Origin: a virus
Lineage: Duplodnaviria; Caudoviricetes
Length of the DNA: 42,936 nucleotides
Virus record (IMG/VR): IMGVR_UViG_3300009788_000165
Span: 1-42,936 of that record
Reading direction: 5' to 3' (one strand)
The notes beneath the pieces are model-generated. The model worked only from the letters and a program-made list of their open reading frames with translations. It was not told where the DNA came from and ran no database searches. Positions 7,101 through 18,600 of the stretch are shown in pieces (position 1 is the stretch's first letter; each line of letters opens with the position of its first letter). The position numbers were made by a program, and so were the translations under genes.

Positions 7101-9627
7101 CTTGTGTAAGTTGTAGTTTACGTATAGATTTAGTTAATCTTTCTAATTGTGCTCTTAAATTACTGTCTTTATAGTTCTTTTTAACTAATGTAGCTAAAGT
7201 CCTACGTTTAATAAACATCTTTTTAAGTTGCTCATCAATAATAGCAATTCCAGTTAATTCATCTACTACAGGAATTTCTTCTAAATACTCTCTTTCCTTA
7301 CCGTAAACACCTACTTGAACTTGACTTAATTGATTATCCTTGTCAAATTGAATATTAATAGGTATTAATCTAGTTTCAACAAATTCTTCAACACCATAAT
7401 CTTTTCTAAGAATGTCATTATATATAGATAATTGTTCTTCTCCAGTTGTAATTTTACTTAATCTAAAATCTTCTGTTACTGCACCTTGTCTATTTTTAAA
7501 GAATTTTTGTCCCTTATAATCATATATAGATGTTTTTGAATTACTATAAATAACTAATAAGTCAATAGTACCAGCTACATCTCTAACAGGATCATAAATT
7601 ATAAACTCAGGTAATATCTCTGCTTTACCATTTTCTCCAGTTTCTTTATTAATAAACTCTTGAGTGGTTTGTATATGTTTTAATCTACTAACTACATCTC
7701 GTCTTAACTCTCCATACATTAAATCAGAAAGTTCTATAAATTTTTCTCCTCTATCTTTAATATTTGGATTACTAAGTAATTCCTCTTTAGCATCCTTTTC
7801 TATCTTAGATTTAGGAATACTGATAGTATCAATTTTAGTTAAATCTCCATTAGTAGCATTTAAAATATGACGAGTAAGTTGATTCATATAACTATGAACA
7901 ACAGTTCCACCTGCTGCTGCTAACTTAGCAGTAGGGGTTAATTCTGTTTCAGCTTGTCTTTTAAATCTATTAGCATCTAATTTTTTTACTAATTGTGTTA
8001 CTCTTTTAGTAATCCTTCTTCCATTAGGACCAAAATAAGCCTCTTTTTGAGCATCATAATGTATTCCTGTAGACTTTAGACTATTTATGATTTGAGTTGT
8101 TTTTTCAGTGTTTAATTCATAGAATACAGCACTTGGTTCATAAGTCTCTTCTTTCCATTCTTCACTAATCATTGGTTCAACTTGTTCAGTAATAATATTA
8201 GCAGCCATAGTAAACTCTAATAAATCATCCTGTGCAGGAGTACCTATTAATTTTTTTAATCTATTTACTAACCAATTCCACATTTGATTCCATCTATTGA
8301 CCTCTTTAGCTGCTGGCATATTTTCACCAGTTTCTTGAGCTACAATAATTTGAGAAATTAATTTACCAACGGCTTCCTCTCTTAATTTGTCATCATCATT
8401 CTTATATAATTCACCATAAGGACTATTAACTACATCATCATATACTTGATATTGATCTATATTATTCATCATAGCCTTTACTAAGCTATTCTCTATACCT
8501 ATCATTCTAACTAGCATGTGAGCAGCTTCCTCTGGTAAAGTATGTAAGTTTCTTTTACCTTCGACTATTTCAATAGTTTTATTAAGAATATCAGCTTTGG
8601 CAACAGCATCAATTTCAACACCATTTACAGTATATATTTTATCAACAGGATCATATTTAATACCTACTTTTGTTAACCATGATTTAATAATACTCTCTAT
8701 TTTATCATTTGGAGGTGTATTTATATTATTGTCTAATTGATAATTATTACTAGTAATAAATTTTTTAAATCTTTTAATATCCTGTTTAGAACCAAGAATA
8801 TGAATTTGTTCTTCACTTGGAACCATATATTCAAGTATTCTTTTTTCTCCTACTCTGAAATCCTCTTCCTTGTTGAGTTCAATCATTCCATCGAAATCTT
8901 CATCAACTATTTTTTTATGCATCCATTGAGATAATGACAAATTATCAGGATTGCTAGAACCACCTTTGGATGTATATTCTTCCCACCATATTTCTGCTAA
9001 ACTTTTTGTTTCCTCTGCTGTTAAAGGATTTTTTAAATCTAATACAACACTGTATATATTTTTCCCAAATTTTTTTGCTACGGAAGTGTCATTCATAAAG
9101 TAAAATCCTTCTCCATAATAATTACCACCAAGTTGTTTTTCTACTTGTTCTTGACTAGTAATTCTTTTAAATAAATCGAATTTAGAAGGACTACCATGAT
9201 AAACAATATCTTCGACTTTACTATTAGGAAATATAGTTTCTAAATATGCAGAATATTGTTGTTGACTACCTATATTAGATAATTCAGGATCTTCTTCAAA
9301 TATGAAATCTACACCCTCTTTAACTTCATTTAATTGAAAGGATGATATTTCCTTTTGATTTGATCCACCAATAAGTTTGTCCAATTGTTTAAACATATCC
9401 TCATTAGGAATAATCTTAGTACCATTAGCATCTTCTACATATAATCTTCCACTAACATTATATTTATTATTAGCTTCTTTAGACCAATGAGTATTAAATT
9501 TTCTAAATCCAGCTAAATTTAAAACATTATAGAATTCATCTATTAATCCTTTGTCTTTAAACCACTTTTTAGTTCTTACAATACTCTTAGGGTATCTATT
9601 AAATTGTCTGCTTGTGCAAGTTGCCAT
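4135..9627 (-). CDS. Large virion-injected polyvalent protein: ART-like domain, degenerate zincin, PD-(D/E)xK nuclease and helical C-terminus
   Basis: IVYHGS...GEGFYF...VLDLKNP...EYMV (ART-like); LPEEAAH...REEA (zincin-like); GTVVH...E...AGTIDLL...IYDYK (PD-(D/E)xK). Lies directly downstream of the vRNAP, as in crAss-like phages. Confidence 0.8.
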   Translation of the reverse strand: MATCTSRQFNRYPKSIVRTKKWFKDKGLIDEFYNVLNLAGFRKFNTHWSKEANNKYNVSGRLYVEDANGTKIIPNEDMFKQLDKLIGGSNQKEISSFQLNEVKEGVDFIFEEDPELSNIGSQQQYSAYLETIFPNSKVEDIVYHGSPSKFDLFKRITSQEQVEKQLGGNYYGEGFYFMNDTSVAKKFGKNIYSVVLDLKNPLTAEETKSLAEIWWEEYTSKGGSSNPDNLSLSQWMHKKIVDEDFDGMIELNKEEDFRVGEKRILEYMVPSEEQIHILGSKQDIKRFKKFITSNNYQLDNNINTPPNDKIESIIKSWLTKVGIKYDPVDKIYTVNGVEIDAVAKADILNKTIEIVEGKRNLHTLPEEAAHMLVRMIGIENSLVKAMMNNIDQYQVYDDVVNSPYGELYKNDDDKLREEAVGKLISQIIVAQETGENMPAAKEVNRWNQMWNWLVNRLKKLIGTPAQDDLLEFTMAANIITEQVEPMISEEWKEETYEPSAVFYELNTEKTTQIINSLKSTGIHYDAQKEAYFGPNGRRITKRVTQLVKKLDANRFKRQAETELTPTAKLAAAGGTVVHSYMNQLTRHILNATNGDLTKIDTISIPKSKIEKDAKEELLSNPNIKDRGEKFIELSDLMYGELRRDVVSRLKHIQTTQEFINKETGENGKAEILPEFIIYDPVRDVAGTIDLLVIYSNSKTSIYDYKGQKFFKNRQGAVTEDFRLSKITTGEEQLSIYNDILRKDYGVEEFVETRLIPINIQFDKDNQLSQVQVGVYGKEREYLEEIPVVDELTGIAIIDEQLKKMFIKRRTLATLVKKNYKDSNLRAQLERLTKSIRKLQLTQDTRYLHLEVNAVLRDFYERITRPEGSEKGIDHTYLNDTENYLTMYDGFFGQAKEIELAKTTSKEEKEQIEIKYNQIAMNVDKALRMISEKNKELLVDKHNIDFNQSVKESSTVGNMFKKLSQFDRHQFKALYNLISRREKHVRDQVKNIQADLLTKRTALNDWAKNKGLSLEQAVNKLVNNKGSLQSRYNGVYGKEKAEAIVNRDKDWFLNNTNVIEVDGNLTYEDKESKQKFEESRNNYIETLKLNHPGNFFEATRAKKLQEWEGRHDISKGLDALFQQPYYIKPADNPRFYSDAWLFMTEAGNEPLLDAYNTLINYNKEFALKTGKEIKPTFIAEIQQELVESLSNWSLGVDVLRNNLTKSFESRQEDVLLGSTTRDPNTGEILPNIPLLYTDALTINISSKELKAIQDDLSAQGLEEGTYEYEESLAQSVANKEREKGVLVKSKDLFTSTLLFAHAAYTYTHSREIEDEVKALQSSLINVKTDPTSASGKKLVDKITGRVAQIVGAPHSEMETFEKFVKMHIYGQRIQNKDYTLGDKISSNKTLHQVMSYTSLKALGLSWISGFGNAVGTTSNLIMAASEGKYFTRKQVANSIKLLTGKDKDLVNPLLSYFSPYAHNLTYDMSKKLSVTKARKFLNQELFYMFMKYPDKAVDALVGTSVLQEWGLTDDGRVRRVQEGVRPLMETMKIEGDVVTPLTEEQYTTVRKLMTTASNKIKGSMSREDQNLVGTSIYSALFMQFRNWMPGLINSRFQALTYNEEIDELDVGRFKVLFGEFTQKGVLPKLKAFSSLLLEVGSIGALKTFSNSKNTEIAEKYFKTFLDEHPELRGKITLESFIELRTQKLRGIAAELRILLGLYGSVALIGAAIPDDEDGENIISKTLAMNAYRMSNRGLLEISFFFDPSSVTQIINKPLPILRNVTDISNAISNTLDEGRTMLTGKEYKNTFFWEEQTRDKTGKFYYTSKLIPGRVITDVVDFFDTFEQYID

Positions 9628-9630
9628 ATT

Positions 9631-12600
9631 TTAATTTTTTGTTAAAGGACTACTTTTCATCCTACACTCTTTATCTTCTTGTTCAGTTACTTCTTGCACA
9701 TCTTCTTCTAATATTTGAGATGTTGATGTACTTAAATTAGGTAATTCCATTATTCCATATGCATTTAGAGTTGAACTTTCTTTAAAATTTCTAATTGGTG
9801 GATTAATAACTTTAACTGTCTTATTATTGTCTGTCAATGATAAATCACGTTCTGTAATTGGACCTTTGAATGTTTTCTTAATATAAAAATCAAATCCAGG
9901 TTTTTTACTTCTAGGAACTACAGTTTTGTCATGTTGATTCTGTACTGCAAATTGAGCAGGATAATCACTGAAAGTATTATTAGTCTTAGAAAGTACTTGT
10001 AAAACTCCATTCATCATCTTAACATATTCATCTACTGGAGCCAAATTTACAAAATTTAAAGGACTATTTTGTAATCCAGACTGTAAAATTATAAATTTAA
10101 TTAAATCTCTACCAAATTTACTTTCTTCTGAACTACCTTCAATCATATCTTTCCAATCCTTAGTTAACTGATTAGATTCAATATTATCTAAACGAGTAAT
10201 ATACATTTTTAAATTATTTATAGCGTCTTTAGCTGTAGAACTTGAGAATATAGTAAATAAATTATTTAATAAACTATTATGAGGATATTTCTTTTTAAAA
10301 TATTCAACTCTATTAGCCATACTGCTTTTACCTTTAAATAATCTATTTATCTCATCTTTAAGAATAGTTCCAGTTTCATCTTTAGAATAATTCATCATAA
10401 GATAAACTAAAAAATCTTCTTTAAACTTATCCATAGTATTTACTACATCATCTATTTTAAAACTTACATCTCTTTGTAAATATTTTTGCATAAATTCTTT
10501 ATACATATCTACTACTTGAGGATTACGTAAATGAGGTACATAAGCTTCAAATGCTTTACCAAATCCTGCTACTGCTGAATGATAAGGCTGTATAAATCCA
10601 CTATTTATTAATTCTTCATATCCTAATATTATCTTATTATCTATAACTTGTTGAGTTAATCCTAATCTATAAGCCAATTCAGATAGACTTTTACCACCAC
10701 CTTTAGTATCATAAGTAGTACCTTGCATAGCATTACTAATTTCTTTGGCTACTTCTTGGTATCTAATAAAGTCATATAATATTTGTTGTTGCATATTTCC
10801 ACTTTTACCTTTATCTAAAATGGCAGCTTCTAATATACTATCTGTTAATTGAATAGTATCATCAATAGTTATATCTGTTTTACCAGTATATTCACTCTTA
10901 GTTAAAGCTAATATTTGATTTTGATATTTTACTATTTTACCACCTACAGATAATCCAACACTATCAGCCATTAAAGATTCATACTTATTCTGATTAGCCA
11001 TATAAGTATGAATTATAGGTTGATTCATAAATAATCCTATAGTTTTAATAGGTACACCAGCCATAGTTAAATAAAGTACAGTATTCAAAGTCTGAGGAGT
11101 TGCGTTCAATAAAAACATAAAAGGATCTGTTGCAGCATCCACAGAAGCATTAATCCACATATTAAATAATTGAACTATGCTATTCTTATCATTTACATCT
11201 TGTACACCACCTAAGTTAATATATTCACCTTCACCATTATGATCCATATTAATCCTTGTACTTGTAACTATATCCTTATCTTTGGTATGTTTTACATATT
11301 CTTTATTTATTTGTAAATTATGTCTTTGAGCTAATATATGAAATGTAGAGAATAAAGCTGTTATACCTATAGCAGCATTACCACCTAAAAATCTTTTAGC
11401 AACATCCATTAAGTAAGAAGTTTCCACAATATTATTATAAGGAGTATTTAACTCTTCATTTTCAATCCATTCAGTAAAATCTTTAAATTCGCCTGTGTAT
11501 AATCCATTAGCTTTATATTGTAAATATTGATTATAAATAGATTCACTCTTTAATGTATCTACATTATTAGGAATTAATAATTGTTGAATATTATCAGGAG
11601 AAGTTATAATAATTTTCATTACTTCTTTTAATTCATTCTCAATTTGTGCCCTTTCATAAAATCCTTCTTTTAAAGGAGTACCTTCTACTAATTTCAAATA
11701 GTCAGTGTATGACATTTTTGGATCAATATAGTTAGGGTTACCTTTTTTATCATAAAAGAAGTTAATTAAGAAAATCTTTAATGTATCAATATCAAAGTCA
11801 GATCCAGTTTTAGTAACAATTTCTGAAGGTAATACAACAGCATCTCCCATTTCAACAGGTAAAAATCCAGCTATTTTAATAGATTCTATTGAGTTTAATG
11901 CTTGTGTAGGAATTCTAAATCCTATAATATCTAACAATCTCTTATCACTAATATTTTTAGTGGTTATTATACCTTTATAAATAGCAGGTAAATAAACTTC
12001 CATAGATTCTACAGCTATAATTTCACCTTTTTTATTAAAAGTAGGATTGTAGAAATTAAGATCATTACTTACTATATGATTTACTCCATTAATACTAGTA
12101 ACTTCTCTTAAATTGTTACGTTCTAAAAATACACTTGATACCTGTACTTTAGATCCACCATAAGTTTTTTGAGATATAGCTGTCTTATCAGCCATAGCCA
12201 TTAAGATCTGTTCAAATTTTCTACGATTAGGTAATGTATCAATTCCAACTTCTCCTATGTATTTAATACTGTTCATGACATTATCATCCATATCTCTTGA
12301 TCTGGCTGCATCTGTTAATGCTTCTACTAATCTACCATTATCTTCAATTTGATAATTACCATTACTATCTAATTGTAAACCTAATTTAACAATTAACTCT
12401 CTATAACCAGAATTAATTCTTCTGGCATTAAGTTCTAAATATTTATCAATTAATTTTTGAGTTTCTTCAGATGATTTTTCTGTAAGTTTACCATTTATGT
12501 TAAATCTCATAGCTATAGGCTTACCAAAACTATAAAGATTATTCATAATTTGTTTAGCCATCTGAGTACCCCATATAACTTCATTCTTAATTTTATTGCC

Positions 12601-15600
12601 CATATCAACTTGTATACCCCAATACTTATAATATGTATCTTGAGTAATCATCGAATTCTCTTTATTAAAAGCAAACTCTCCAGTTTCAGTATTATAAACT
12701 TCTTGAATCAAATAGTCATCATTTAACTTAGTACCTACTTTATTTCCACTAGCAAATACAACTATACCTGTATTTTGATTCTCCATTTGATTTCTTAATT
12801 TTTCTAAATTAGGAAATTGTCTAGTTAATGATGGTAATATAGGAGCAAGACTTAATTTATATAATGCTGGTACAAATCCCTCTTCTGCAAGAGGTCCAAA
12901 ATGTTGAGGTTTTAAAGGTGTAAAAGCTACTTGACTAACTCTTCTTTTGTCAATTGTAAATTTATTATTTCTATCAAAAGGATCAACATAAGTTTTCTTA
13001 CCTATTTCGTACTGATAAGCTTCTTCTAAAGAACCTTTTCCAAAACTCCAATCACCAGCTCTAAGTAACATTCTTCTATATTCATCTAAATGCACAATAC
13101 CTACAGCATCAGACTCTTCTGATCTATTATATGGTTCTGCTGCTTTCTTTCCTAAAACTTTATTATACTCTTCTAAGTATTTAGATACAGATATTATATC
13201 TTTGAATACAGCAGTTGTAATAATTGGTTGACCATATTTATATTGTTGTTTTAATCTTGATATAGGATCAGTAAAAGTATCTATCCATTGATTTAAATAT
13301 TCACTTACAATAGATATTTTCTTAGTACCTACAGTAGCAGAATGTCTCTTAAATTCATCCTCTACACTTTTAAAGAATCTAGGATTACCAACAAAAACCT
13401 TCATTTGCTCTATATTAGCAATTAGGTTATTAACTGTAAAACTAGATGCTACATTAGTAAATGATTCACCACTTATAACATTTCCCTCTAAATTAATACC
13501 ATTATTTTTATAACCATCATCTACAAGTTCTACTATAGCGTTGGTTAACATTAATTCTTTATTAACTTCAATTTGACTATCTAAATAGTTTATTATAGCT
13601 CCTCTAATAGCCATTCTATTAGTTTCATCTTCAAATAATTCATTAATATCTTGTCCAGGAATAATTAGATCATTATATAAACCTTCATCAATAGCTTTAA
13701 TCATATGTAATACAATTCCTTTATTTTCATTTTTGGACAAATAATTCCACTTTTGACCATTTAGGAAATTGTTTTCATCTAACTCAGCTTTTAAGTAATT
13801 AACAAAACTATCTATATGTTCATTAAGATTAATCTTATTAGAACTAAAGAAAGTTCCAAATTCTATAAATCTTTCTAATGAATTATCAGCAGGTCTTAAT
13901 AATGCATATCTACCTTTCATAGCATTATTAATATATATTCTTAATCTATCAGCAGGTTTTAAATCTTTAAATTCTCTTTTATTAGCATCAAATCCTTCTT
14001 GTTTAGAACCTAAATGAGTAATAAATTCAATTTTATTTTTACCACCTTTAAATAGTCCATTTAATACTAAACTTTCATTTACATATTGTAAATGTGGTAA
14101 TTTTTCAAATAATTCTTCTCTGGATTGAATATTACCATTATTTATTTCATTAATAATTAATGAGATGTAACTATTTAAAGTCTGACCATATATAAGTTTA
14201 CCATCTAAATTATATAAACTATTTTCAACAGCATCTAAAGTAGTCTGTCTTTCAATATCAGCTAATACTTGTAAATCTTCAAATGCATTACCCTCTTCTT
14301 TATTATATATTAATACACCACTTCCTGCATTAATAGATTTTAACATGCCTTGTGCTCTAGTTAAAACCCTAACATCTTTGTTATCCTCAATTCTTTGAGT
14401 ATTAGAAAATTCTATTCCTAACAGTTTAAGAAATTCTATAGCATTAAAGATAGATTCAATATCCCCAATTTTAGCAAATTTAGATAATTTATATTTTATT
14501 TCTCCATTAACACTTTCATAATATCTACTATTTCTGGCTATTTTTTTAGCATTATTGTTCCATTGATTTATTTTACGTTTATTAAATGAATTCTGATTAG
14601 CATTGATAATAGTTGTTTCATTACCCTCTACAGTGTCCATAAAAAATATATTTTCATTCTTAGCCATTGTTTGTTGGAATTGAGTTCTAAGAATTACTTC
14701 ATTAGAATTCATTTCACTACCTGCTTTATCTCCACCTAATCTTCTTAATAATTCAGTTAAAGCTGGCATATCTGTAGACATTTCATTAATAGCTACATAC
14801 ATATCAGACCATTCTGTTAGACCTGATAATTTATTAATTAATACATTAAATACTTGACCAAAATCAGCAGTAGTTTCTAAACCTAATGAATTTAATTCAT
14901 TAAAAGGTAAACTAGCCAATAATAATTTAATATTTTTATTTGCATTTATTTTACTTGAATATTTAAGACTTTCAAATGCCCAAGTTTGTCCAGAATCTCT
15001 TGTTCTACTATTCTCTGATATATCAGCATTCCATTCTGTGTAATCTAATTCTAAATCATATTTTTTTAAACTTTCTGCATGCAACACAACTAATTTATCC
15101 CAATTTTCTTGAGATAGTACTTTACCTATTTCTTTAGCTTGAGCAAATACTTTACTTTTTTCAGAAGATGATAATTTAGGACTTTTATAATTAGCATACA
15201 TAGCTTTATAAGTAGTCAATAATGAAGTATAAGCAGCTACATAAGCTCTTTGCACCATTGGACCATTTCTTTGCTTATCAAACAAAGATGCTACATTATC
15301 ATCTTGTGAAAATATTGATCTAAAGAACACAGCATGAACAGAATCTAAAATCTCTTTAGTATGTAAAGATGATAATCCTGATAGAATACTACTATAATTA
15401 GTTATTCCAGAACCAGCACTTATATAAGGAGCATTAGCATATGATCCAGATTTAATATTATCAAATACTTGTTGTATAGTTACAGGATATTTATTAAATA
15501 CAAATGTTTTAATAAAGTCCAATATAGTTTGAAATAATGATTTCTGTTTAGGAGCTTTAAAATAAGATATATCTTTACCTAACATAAAATCCATAAAATC

Positions 15601-18600
15601 TTCAGCTAATACCTCTTCAATCTGATCATCAGTTAATTTTGATTTGGGATTATAACTTTTCCATTCTTTAACCAAACTTTTAAATTCTTTATTAGTTAAA
15701 AATAAATCTCTTACAGCATGAAAAGTTTCATGATACTCTGTACCTGTCTCACCAGCTTCAAATAACTTAATTAAATTATTTCTGTATGATCCCCAATTAT
15801 TACCATCTATTAAATTTTGTAATACGCCTACTTTAACTCTACCACCAAATGTTCGATGTATCCAAGCTAACGCTCTATTAATATCAATTTGAGTTTTAAC
15901 ATCTGAAGTTGCTTCTTTAAACTTAGTAGAATCTGAATTAGAAGATGATGAAGGTGGAGTTACAGATGTATCTCCAAATATATTAGCATCTGTAGTTGGC
16001 ATATCACCAAAACTATCAGGAGAAGCTAATTCTTGTTCATTACTTTCTTCTGCTATATCAGCCTCTACTTGTTCAGCAAATAAAGCTTCTTGTTCAGGTG
16101 TTAATCCAGAATCCTTTTCAACTTTGTCAACTTTTTTATCTATATCATTTAATATACCATCTTGTTCATCAGGAGTTAAATTTTCATCACTACTTATACC
16201 ATCTAAAGATTCTTCTACTCCTAGAATATCATCCATGCTCAAACTAGCTACCACCTTACCTTTAGGTTTAGTAGTCTTAGCAACAGGTTTTTTTACTTTA
16301 GCATTCTTTTTGATAGGTTTAGGTGGTTTTGGTTTTTCATCATCTATAATACTATCCATATCTACAACAGCATATACTGATCTAAATTGTGGTTCTGTAT
16401 CTATTTTTTCAGGAGTAGTTTCTTCTCTTGGTGTTATTTTACTTGTCAACATTTTATTTGATAATAACCAATTTCTATATCCACCTGTACCTTCATTAGT
16501 TGTATTAGGAGATGCATAGTATTTACCATCAGCATCTTTAGTTATATTATTAACTGTAACTATACCTCTATTATCATTAACTGTAATAGCTCTTACATTT
16601 ATATATTGTCCTTCTAAGAATTTACGTAAAGTTTCCTCAAATAAAGGATTCTCTATATATTGTCCTGTTTCTTTATCTAAAACAAATAAGTCTACTTGTC
16701 TAGGAGTACCTTTATTAGGACCATCTTCAAAATTACCTAATCTTAAAGTTCCACCTGGAATAGTTGTATTCATAAAATAGAATGAAGAAGGACTTCCAAA
16801 ATTTTTATTTAGTCTATTATTAACATCTTTAAGAGCATTAAATCTTGATATCTTACCTTTCTTTACTTTATCAGCAGCATCAGCTCTTAAATTATCCCCT
16901 GCCCAAAATACATATTGACTCATTACTCTAAATATAGATAAATCTTTTCCGTCAGTATCTTTAATAGGTACTATCTTTTCTCCTACTTTGGCACGTAAAT
17001 TACCAGCACTAGTAGAATCTATTTTGACTTTACCATTCTTATCTTTAGTTTGTTTGCTTTCACCGATGAATTTTTTCCATAATTGAGTTATAAGATTAAC
17101 TTCGTTTTCTTCTAAAACTCTCGTACCCAATGGAATAGTATTACCAGTATTTTTATCATTTGTATAAATAAATCCAGGTTTACTATTAGTTATTTCTCCA
17201 CCACTAAAAGCTACAGTATTAGCAGTAGAAACTTTAAACTCTAAATCATTCATATCTATACCTAAATCCTGAATATTAGTTGTTTGGGTTTCACCATTAA
17301 TATCTTTAAATGTTCTAGGAATACCTTTACCTTTACTAAGTACTTTAATACTGACTTCTTCATTAGCATCTAGTTTAGTAATTATAGCAGCTCTAATATT
17401 TCTATAATAAACTTCTAATTCTTGTATATATTTTTTATACTGTTCTTCAGTTATATTTTTAGGTTTGTAAAATAAATAAGATGCTTCTGAAGTTAACAAT
17501 GTAGTAAATACAAATTTACTAGGATCAGTAGTTACATTACCAAATTCATCAACTTTTTGACCTTGTTTGTTGGTAATTGTAGCATATATAATAGGTTTAT
17601 CTACAGTTTCTTTTTTAGTAGCATCAAATTGTTTTTCTTCACCGTATGATAACTCAGCTCTAAAATTGTCTTGATTTATATTAGTTCTTTCAGTAAATCT
17701 AAAATATCTTCTTTGACTAGGATCATCTGATAATGTATCATCATCTTTAACATGTCTACCAGCTAACGCATTAAACCCTATTGTATAAGGGTTTCTTTTA
17801 GATGGTTGAAATCCTTCTTTAATACCCGCTTCATTTAAATTACTTACACTTTCATATTTACCACCAAGCATTTCATTATGATAAGATTGTGAACCTACAG
17901 TTTCAGGAGCTTTTCCTATATTTGCAAGACGAACCTTAGATTCATATAAAGCTAATTCTTCTTCTAATGTATATAATTGTTGTAAAGCTATATTAGTCTT
18001 TTTTTCATATTCTTTTACTTGACTCTGTAATGAATTAATCTTACCTGCTGTAATTAACAACTCTTTATTGTTCTCATTAGGATCGGTAGTATATTTGTCA
18101 ATTCTAGCAATAGCTTTACCTATTTCATTACCAAATCTTTTATCTTCTTCTTTATTTGTTTTAACCCTGTCAGCTATTTCTTTTTTATAAGTATTAGCTA
18201 TCTCTTGTTTACCTATAACATGGTAAGCAGAGTCTAATCCCAATAATTTTAATAAAGCATTTACTATTCTTTTTAGCCCACTAATACTATCTTGAAAATA
18301 ACTAATTAAACTATTATTAGTTTTAATTTCTTCTTCTGTTGTAGCAATATCTTCTTTAATAGTTGTAGCATCTTCTTCTTCTTGAAGTTTATCTAATCTA
18401 ATATATAAATAATCACGTTTATTATTTAATTCATTTAACTCAATATTAAGTTCTTCTAAATAAGCATTTTCTTTTTTTATTTCCTCAGACAATTTCTGAG
18501 ATTGATTAATTAAATTATTGATAGTCTTTTGTGTACGTCTTCTATCAGGTTTATTAAGTAATTCCTTTAAATTGCTTAATTCTTGTTTTAATGTTTTTAT

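Noticed and set aside
9625-9633. Readthrough fusion of the vRNAP and the 1830-aa gene (TAA AAT ATG, in frame)
   Set aside because: Ordinary A/T-rich start context, and no domain appears to be split across the junction.
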